This document shows positions 54,461 through 64,000 of a stretch of 64,000 bases of DNA, piece by piece (within the stretch, counting starts at the first letter, position 1; each line of letters begins with the position of its first letter). The position numbers were made by a program, and so were the translations under genes. Under the pieces are notes generated by a model. The model was given only the letters and a program-made list of their open reading frames with translations. It searched no databases and was not told the DNA's origin. This stretch comes from Chrysomallon squamiferum (taxonomy: Eukaryota > Animalia > Mollusca). The stretch lies in NCBI GenBank assembly GCA_012295275.1, contig CM022674.1, positions 13,578,001 to 13,642,000 on the forward strand, written 5' to 3'.

Positions 54461-55839
54461 AACTTTGCGGACTTAAAAACGTAGCCATTCAACGAAAACG
54501 TAAACCAGTTAAACACGTATTACGTTCGATTTGTATGTTTGCTGTGAAATAACAAATGTATTAAACTAGCCAAAAAATAAAACAAAACAATCAAACACGA
54601 AATAAACTAAGTCAAAGACGAGTGAAATGAAAGAATGTCGCATCTTGTGAGATATTTCCGAATTCAAAAATTAAATAAGTAAATAAAAATATTACTTTTC
54701 GGGTATAGGTAAATACTGACATAGGTACGTACATTTATGCATAGATACGTAAAATACACACATACAGACAGACTGCCAAATATTTAGACAGAAAGACGGA
54801 TGGTTGGATAGATGCATAGACAGAGACACATACAGACAGAGACACATACAGACAGATAAACAGACAGATAGGTATATGAAAATAAACAAGTAAGGTAGAT
54901 TGATTGGTTGATAAGTAGGTAGATAGGTAGGTAGCAGGCAAGCATGAACGTAGATAAACAGACAAACAGACAGACATATTGACTAGCCAGTCAAACAGAA
55001 ATAGTTAAATGAAGAGCAAAAGAAGGAAAACAGAGAAATAAACAACTAAAGAAAAACAAAGGAGATAAACCAGCATGGACACATATTTTATATTTGTGCT
55101 GGAAATAGAAATGAAGGAAAGAATAAAAACAAAGAAATAAAGAAGAAAAGATAAAACTCATTTCCAGTAAGAAAGAAATAAAAAAAATAATAATAGTAAT
55201 AATAATAAACCCGTTGCACTCAGGAAGGAAAAAAGAATGTAAGAAAGAACAAGGAAACAAAAGAAAAATAAGAAAGAAACAGAGAAAGAAAAAAAAAAAG
55301 AGAGAGAATAGAATAGATAAAAATAAAACATTTCTACGCTAAGTTAAAAAAAAAAAAGAAAAAAAGAAAAAAACGAAGGCAAGAAAGAAGAGATGAGAAA
55401 CATAAAACACATTCCACTCTGCCGGATGGACCTAAAATGGATGTTAGTTTCACGTAATTTTCTCTATTGAGCGAAAGACGGAAGCAAATTGGTCTTACTT
55501 TCTAGCTGTTGTTTGGTTTCTAGGCAGCTTAATTTCGAAATGTCAGCGAAATCTTATAAATTTTATTTCGTTTGTTGCCGGACTTCTGCTCGCTGCTTTA
55601 TCAAATATTATCGGGACTCGGCGAAAGGACGCGGCACTAAAGAAAAAACGTCGCTAAACTCAGAGCTGGTTTTGTTGCGAGTTGTCGCGACATTTGCGGC
55701 TCTTCGTCGGTGTTTTGTCTGACCCGAGCGTTCTGATTCGTTCGTTCGGGGTGACGTCATACGTATCAGATGTCGTACGTCGTGTAGAAAAATAATACGT
55801 TTAGTCTGATTAGATTAAATTATAAATAAATAACGATGG

Positions 55840-55878
<39 letters not shown>

Positions 55879-56029
55879 GAAGATGAAAATGCCGATTTTT
55901 TGTTATTTGCTTATTCAGAAAAATTAAGATTCTGTTTATCTAAATATATGAGTATATATATATATATATATATATGTACACACACATTTATGAATATATA
56001 TACTACCTCATATCACACTCTTTCTATCA

Positions 56030-56093
<64 letters not shown>

Positions 56094-56666
56094 GATATAT
56101 TCACACACACATATCATTTTATGAATATATCGTCTATCTGATATTTCATTCTCTTTTTCTCTCTCATTATCTATCTAATTAGATTTTGTACTACATAACA
56201 CTTTAATACTTGCATTACTTAAATGTAATTTTCACTTATGGAACAAAAGCTTTCTTTTCTTCGTGTTTTCAAAAAAAAAAAGTTAATAACATGAATGGCT
56301 TTAATGTGTTTTTAAATTACTATTGATGTGCCCTATAAGACAATGATTGTGTTAAAACTAAGCTGCATATATATTAATGTGGTATTAACAGAATGCGAGA
56401 CTTTCCATACTATATTTTTCTTTATTTTTTATTACAATTTTTTTTTTTTTCAAATTATTTTATCTACCCATTCCCTTACCTTAAAGGATAGAATTACCTT
56501 GTTTATACTTTCTGTAACCATGGATACGGGTGGATCTAGTTCCTGTAAGCTCTCATAACGTTAAATAAACAGTATTAATGCACTCATGAAATCCGAGAAA
56601 AGCCTGCAGTATACTTCGCTTTCCAAAGTAATCGGATTTTGTCGGCCGGTCACATATTAACGTAGG

Positions 56667-56730
56667 TTAAATGCAGGTGAGTTCTTTTATTTGATTAAAT
56701 GCAGGTGAAATCATTTATTTGATTAATTAT
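56667..56730. repeat. 28-bp tandem duplication TTAAATGCAGGTGA...TTTATTTGA
   Basis: Two copies plus a partial third. Confidence 0.8.
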
Positions 56731-56980
56731 TTGTTAGTTTGGAAGTTCGACCGATAAACAGTGGGAGAGACAAACTTAAATACTGACAGACAGACAAGTA
56801 ACAGATACATACTTACATGTTTACGTAAACATATACATATACATACATACACCATACGTAACTAAACAAATACATTAAGCATATACGTATGTTCATATGT
56901 TTACTTAAATATATACACATGTACATACAGAGACACAACATATATATATATATATGTTCACTTGAGTTCTTATGGTTACT

Positions 56981-57090
<110 letters not shown>

Positions 57091-58060
57091 TGGATGTTTG
57101 TCACTTATACTGTATATATATATACGCATTATAAAGCTTTGTCGTTGCCAAGTTTCAGTTTTATCATTTCTGCACAAGACCGCCATTTGTTACTGTTTTA
57201 CCTTTGCCTGAACCTTGTATTTTTATTCTGAATAAAGCCACAATCTCACTGAAACTGGCATCTAACAACAACCAAGGCGATACCAAGAAGAAAAAAAAAA
57301 AACATACAAAAAAAAAAAAATATATAAAAAAATAAATAGACTTCACAAAATTACACATGACAGAGAAATCATGCAAAAAATATGACTTTATCTATCGCAC
57401 GTGACTGCATAGCAATCTATCACAACAGAACTCTGACATCGTTCACAGCACGGTGACGGCCGAATGTGTCACTCGACAAACATCGTGAACTGTCGGTTCG
57501 ATTGCCGCGTGAACCCGCTGACGTCTGTGCAAGTATTGCTAATATCGCAGTCTGACCCGACCAATAACGGTAACTTACATCTTATCTACAGACGTGTCGC
57601 GTGATCATCTCCCCTGATTAAAATACTCGATTTCGCTGTCTGATTGCGAAATGATTGCGAAATATTCATAAGTCAGCCAGACGGCTTGATTGAAATACGA
57701 GATACCGAACCCGTATTAAAGTATTTTATTTAATCAGGTTTTTTTTTTTAAAAAAACCATGTATTTTACCTTATCCGTCGTTTGTTACTGAGTTTGTTTT
57801 GTGCCGCTTATTTAAGATGGTTATATGTATATATATATTTATATATAGACATACCAGACACACAAACTGATACATATACATATACACTCACTCACAAACA
57901 CACACTCACACACACGCACTCATATTTACATATACATACATACATATATACATACATACATACATACATAGTACATACTTACATACATACTAGTACACTA
58001 ACACTATGGAGCCAAAACAAACATTTAAAGGGATTGTAGTAGAACGATAGAAAGAGAATC

Positions 58061-58164
<104 letters not shown>

Positions 58165-58845
58165 GGTAGTACTGTTGCTGTCTCATTCAGTTTTATTATT
58201 TTCTCTAAAACAGTTTCTGTGTTTTACTGGGGTTTTTTTTATTTGTCTGTGTATTCATTTCACTATCACCGTCTCCATCACCAACTCACATGCGTTCCAT
58301 TAACATCTTAACCCCGACGAATTTAAACAAACACTTTCGGGGTCGCACAACTTTTTTGTGCGCGGTATATACAACAAATAAAATATTAGCGTTATTAACC
58401 TCGACAAATGAAGTTTAATCCGCTCCAGTGAAGTTTTTGTCATATCCATCTCGTCGTTACTATTCACTGCAACCTCTGCAGTTTTTATTAACCTTTGTCT
58501 GAGATAACACTGGTCTCTGGTAAGCAAAACTTCGCAACAAAGCGGAGACAAGCACTTATTAGGACGAAGGAGATCAGGACACATTTGGTCGATAAGAAAA
58601 CAATGAAACAGCTGTGTTAAGAAGCGTGGAGAATAATCAGTTTGCTGTGTTCGTTTCCGCGTTCTTAAATATTGACACAGAAAAAAAAAAAAAAAAAGAA
58701 GAAGAAGAAGAAGCTGGAGATAAAGAGATAAATTGAGAGTAGAGATGGTGTAGATAGAGGTGTGTATATAAGGAGAAAGAATTTGTGTGTGCGTGGGAGT
58801 GTTTGTGTGTGTGTGTGAGTGTTTGTGTATAATGTGTGTATTTTT

Positions 58846-58882
<37 letters not shown>

Positions 58883-59066
58883 ACATTTTATATCCTTCTA
58901 CTCTTTTTTATGTATGAACAAACATACTAACACAGAAAAATATTTCCATGTAATATACAGCGACATGTGCATGTATGTATGTATGTATGTATGTATGTAT
59001 GAACTCGATACAGTTCAGAAAGAAAGTCAGAAGGAGGAAAGAGACAACGATATGAGACGCAGTGAC

Positions 59067-60205
59067 TGTATGTTTGCGTGTATGTTTGCGTGTATGTTTG
59101 ATGTATGTTTATGTGGATGTTTATGTGTATGTTTACGTGTATGTTTACGTGTATGTTTATGTGTATGTTTACGTGTATGTTTACGTGTATGTTTGATGTA
59201 TGTTTACGTGTATGTTTACGTGTATGTTTACGTGTATGTTTACGTGTATGTTTGTGTATGTTTAGTGTATGTTTACGTGTATGTTTACGTGTATGTTTAT
59301 GTGTATGTTTATGTGTATGTTTACGTGTATGTTTACGTGTATGTTTGTGTATGTTTAGTGTATGTTTTGTATGTTTACGTGTATGTTTATGTGTATGTTT
59401 TACGTGTATGTTTGTTTACGTGTATGTTTATGTGTATGTTTTGTATGTTTTGTATGTTTACGTGTATGTTTACGTGTATGTTTACGTGTATGTTTTTATG
59501 TTTACGTGTATGTTTTATGTTCGATGTATGTTTATGTGTATGTTTATGTGTATGTTTACGTGTATGTTTACGTGTATGTTTGTGTATGTTTAGTGTATGT
59601 TTATGTGTATGTTTACGTGTATGTTTATGTGTATGTTTACGTGTATGTTTTGTGTATGTTTACGTGTATGTTTACGTGTATGTTTTTATGTTTAGTGTAT
59701 GTTTACGTGTATGTTTATGTGTATGTTTACGTGTATGTTTATGTGTATGTTTATGTATGTTGTGTATGTTTGTGTATGTTTATGTGTGTTTTTGTGTATG
59801 TTTACGTGTATGTTTACGTGTATGTTTATGTGTATGTTTGATGTATGTTTACGTGTATGTTTATGTGTATGTTTACGTGTATGTTTATGTGTATGTTTGA
59901 TGTATGTTTACGTGTATGTTTATGTGTATGTTTACGTGTATGTTTATGTGTATGTTTATGTGTATGTTTGTGTATGTTTACGTGTATGTTTAATGTATGT
60001 TTAGTGTATGGTTACGTGTATATTTGATTTATGTTTACATGTATGTTTACGTGTATGTTTAATGTATGTTTAGTGTATGGTTACGTGTATGTTTAATGTA
60101 TGATTACGTGTATATTTGATTTATGTTTACATGTATGTTTACGTGTATGTTTATGTGTATGTTTATGTGTATGTTTAATATATGTTTAGTGTATGTTTAC
60201 GTGTA
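59067..60205. repeat. 12-bp minisatellite (GTATGTTTAYGT)n, roughly 90 units
   Basis: Homogeneous array with TAC/TAT variants and shortened units. The unit length is divisible by 3, which produces the 354-aa and overlapping spurious ORFs. Confidence 0.97.
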
Positions 60206-60741
60206 AGACAGAAATACAGAGTAAAAGAAAGACAGAGACAGGAGAGACAAAATAAAACGTGTAAGAAAGAAAAAAACAGGACTATCATTTCACCGCTGTT
60301 CTTGTCATTATAAACCTTAAATTTAAAAAAAAAAAAAAAAAAATGAAAAAAATGAAAAAATACGAACTATATAAGATACACGATCTTCGACATTATTGTC
60401 ATATTTCACTTAGAAGTAATATATCGAACATTTCTTTCTTTCTTTTTTTAATTTTTAAATTTTTTTTTTTTTTTTTTTTTTTTGAGAAATGTATTTTTTA
60501 ACACAGTGTCATAGTGCGGCAATAAATTGACGAATCTGTCACGGAATCTTCGACTCGTGTACTTAACCCCTGACAGGTTTTACACAGCCGGCCTCACCGC
60601 AGTGATCAGTTATAACTCCAGTCTGCTCTTGTTCCTGGCGACTTTAGTAACCTATTTTCTATTCTTGTATCACTTAATTTACACCAGAATTGCATTATGG
60701 GAAATATGTTTTAAAGGTATTTCACTATTATAAGTGAAGTG

Positions 60742-60780
<39 letters not shown>

Positions 60781-61269
60781 GCAATCATTATTTATAGTGG
60801 CAAGATATAATGGACAAATACATTTCCATATTTTCGGTTACTGACCAAAAAGGTCTAGCCCCCCCATTAGTTATACGTGTTAAAAACCACACACCAAAGA
60901 GTTTATACAGTCACAGAGGCAGACCGGTGCAATACTGGACTATGCACCCTATGTTTAATTGACATACATACTAATATATATATATGTATATACACACGTT
61001 ATTAAAAAGATTAATTAATATCGAATGACGAAACTGACCTTAATTCCCTGTAAAACGTAATAAAATCTCAATATAATTAAAACATTCGTTGTGTGTATCA
61101 CGTTTTTCATCCTAGTTGTTCACTTTTCGGAGCATTGTTACTGTGTGTAACATAGCAGTGACCCGGCCATGAACTTTGTTGTTTTAAACTGTATGACTAA
61201 TGGGAGGTTACCACCATAAATATACGTTTTTGCCACGGAGCTATTTGTATATCGATAATTACTTGTTAT

Positions 61270-61328
<59 letters not shown>

Positions 61329-61740
61329 TATGTAGAGAGAGAGACAGAGAGAGAGAATTAAATAAATAGATACAGACAGACAGATATACAGATAGACAGA
61401 AAGACAGAAACATATATACGTGGTTGAAAGTTACTTCTTTAGTGTTTACTTTCTGGTTTAGATCTTGAAATACCGTTTAGAAAATGGCTCTCATTAAAAA
61501 AAAAATCTTAAATAAATATTTAAAAAGCCGAAGTCAATATGCGTAGCTCTACTACTAGATAGAAATGTGTGTTGAAAAATAAAACATTTCATTTCATTTA
61601 ATTTCATTTAGTTTTTGTATTATTTAGGATTTCGGGATAAAGTAAATAAATGGCTACTGTCTAAAGATATCAGCTTTGTTCTGCAGAGCCTCGCCACATT
61701 TGTCAAATGTGTGATCTTAACACAGTAACACACTTTTCCA

Positions 61741-61761
61741 TACACACACACACACACACAC

Positions 61762-61796
<35 letters not shown>

Positions 61797-62202
61797 CATA
61801 CATACACACACATACACACACATATACACAAACACATACATACATACACACACACATACACACACATATACACACATACATACATACACACATACATACA
61901 CACATACATACACACATACACACACATACACACATATACACACATACATACATACACACACATACAAACATACACACACATATATACACACACATACATA
62001 GATACATACATACACACATATACACATACACACACATACATACATATATACACACATAAATACATATATACATACATAAATACATACACACATACATACA
62101 TAATACATACGTACACACATACACACACATACACACACATACATACATACATACATACATACATACACATACATACATAGATACATATATACATATACAT
62201 AT
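61741..62202. repeat. Compound (CA)n/(CATA)n microsatellite
   Basis: Directly visible; explains ORFs 61620-62274. Confidence 0.95.
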
Positions 62203-62881
62203 ATTTTTGCGTACAAATACTGATTTTTTTAAACTTATTTTAAATTTATCTGTTTGGTCGTAAACTATATGCAATAATTACTACAACAATAGCAACAACA
62301 AAAATCATCAGCAACTACAACAACAACAACAACAATAATAATAATACTAATAAACAGCAATAATAATATTATTATTACTGCTGTTATTGTTGTTGTTGTT
62401 GTTATAAGATAATAATTTTATTATTTTAAGAAAGAATTTGTTTGTTTATAAATAAATAAATACTTTCTCTATCAAATCTGTTTATTCCATTCTTTTAGTG
62501 CATCTTTCAACACTGTTCACGCATATTATCGCATATTTTCTATAAATATACTTTGTAAACGAAAATACTTCAGATATATGGCTTTTTTCTGATAGTACGG
62601 GCTTTAAAATCTTGACACATGTAAATATGACCACAAGCGAATCGGTACTGGGTATAAAAAGAAATAACAAGCTGGTTTTAGTGCATAGTTTCAGTCGATG
62701 GGATCTTCTGTTTGAGATAATTTACTGATACTACAAATTGAATTTATAAATGATTTCCTTTGACATTTCAACAGTCCAGGATCTTGGCGTCTTTATATAA
62801 ACAGTTTTGTCGATTAACGTCATCACATCTTTACGTCTTAGTATAAACTGTCTGTCTGTCTCTGAATAAATTAACTGATTT

Positions 62882-62885
<4 letters not shown>

Positions 62886-62976
<91 letters not shown>

Positions 62977-63090
62977 GTATATCTATCTATCTATCTATCT
63001 ATCTATATATATATATATGCATTTATCTATCTAGTTATCTTTCGAACTCTCTCAATTATGTATCTATATTTCTTTTGTGTCTCTCTTTCA

Positions 63091-63170
<80 letters not shown>

Positions 63171-63171
63171 T

Positions 63172-63216
<45 letters not shown>
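62886..63216. repeat. Compound (CT)n/(CTAT)n/(GT)n/(TA)n microsatellites
   Basis: Directly visible. Confidence 0.9.
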
Positions 63217-64000
63217 CAATGTGTGAAACTTTCATTCTCGCTCTCTCATTCAATCTCTTTCAATTAAATATAATCTCTCAACATTTTTTTTTTTTTTTTC
63301 GTCTGGCTGTGAATATCTTAGTGATTTTTTATCTCGCTGTGTTAATAATTCAAAAATAAAAATAAAAAAGTAAAACTAGAATGTGTAATATTTCAACATT
63401 ATAAACGCTTTGTTAAAAAAATACCTAAACGACAACAGGCTACTTTGCAACACAAAAATGTAGTTTTCTTTTTATAGACTGGATGTCGCCGTTAAGTGTG
63501 AAAAATAGGATCTGTGTATGCAGCGTAACATTTAATGTACAGCAATGTGGAATGTCTGATTACAAAGTAACACGCTGGTGATGTCCCCTTGGCGTTTATT
63601 TGATTGCAAAGCAACACTTGTTTCTTATGTCGTGTTTGAAGTCGCTTTTTTTTAAATTTAGTTAATGTATTTTGTTGTGATGCTGTCACAAATCTTCTTA
63701 AAAGCAGCATGATTTGGAAATAGATTTTCATTTCTGGAGTGCGTTTGATTTAACACACAGATTTGCTGAGTGTTTTGTTTATTTTTGTTTTTTAAATTTT
63801 TAAAAAATTTTCTTGTTTTGGTTGTTATGTGAATATGCAGTTTATCAGTAAAATATTTTTACACAATTAGTTTTCGTTTAAAATTAAAAAGGTAAAATTG
63901 TTTTGTTTAGAATGTGCGAGATAACATCGTTTTATTTAGAATTCAGAAGTTAACATTACTTTGTCCCTAATTCATAAAAACAAACATTTTGTCTTATTTA

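Noticed and set aside
58836-60027. 354-aa and overlapping ORFs (VYVY/CLRV/MFTC)
   Set aside because: All three frames are open because of the 12-bp repeat; no protein signal.

Overview
This is AT-rich, extremely microsatellite-dense eukaryotic DNA, most likely from an invertebrate animal; the taxon cannot be fixed from the sequence alone. I recognise no intact protein-coding gene, rRNA, true tRNA or CRISPR array. The long ORFs in the supplied track are translations of simple or minisatellite repeats. The window reads like a gene desert or a very large intron. It contains (i) dozens of di- to pentanucleotide microsatellites; (ii) two kilobase-scale minisatellites (a 20-mer at ~45.1-46.8 kb and a 12-mer at ~59.1-60.2 kb) plus many short or decayed tandem repeats; (iii) transposon relics: two copies of a tRNA-derived SINE, a hAT-type MITE with TIRs and an 8-bp TSD, a probable second MITE, a decayed RTE-type LINE 3' fragment and a decayed L1/Tx1-type APE endonuclease fragment; and (iv) many 0.3-1 kb CpG-retaining unique islands rich in homeodomain, bZIP and bHLH motifs that may be cis-regulatory. 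The best coding candidate is one short minus-strand exon at ~23.25-23.33 kb. I did not find a clearly new biological system. The most intriguing signals are tandem arrays that multimerise transcription-factor-like motifs, a decayed array with a conserved core and variable spacers, and the candidate exon. All motif and family assignments were made by eye, without alignment tools.
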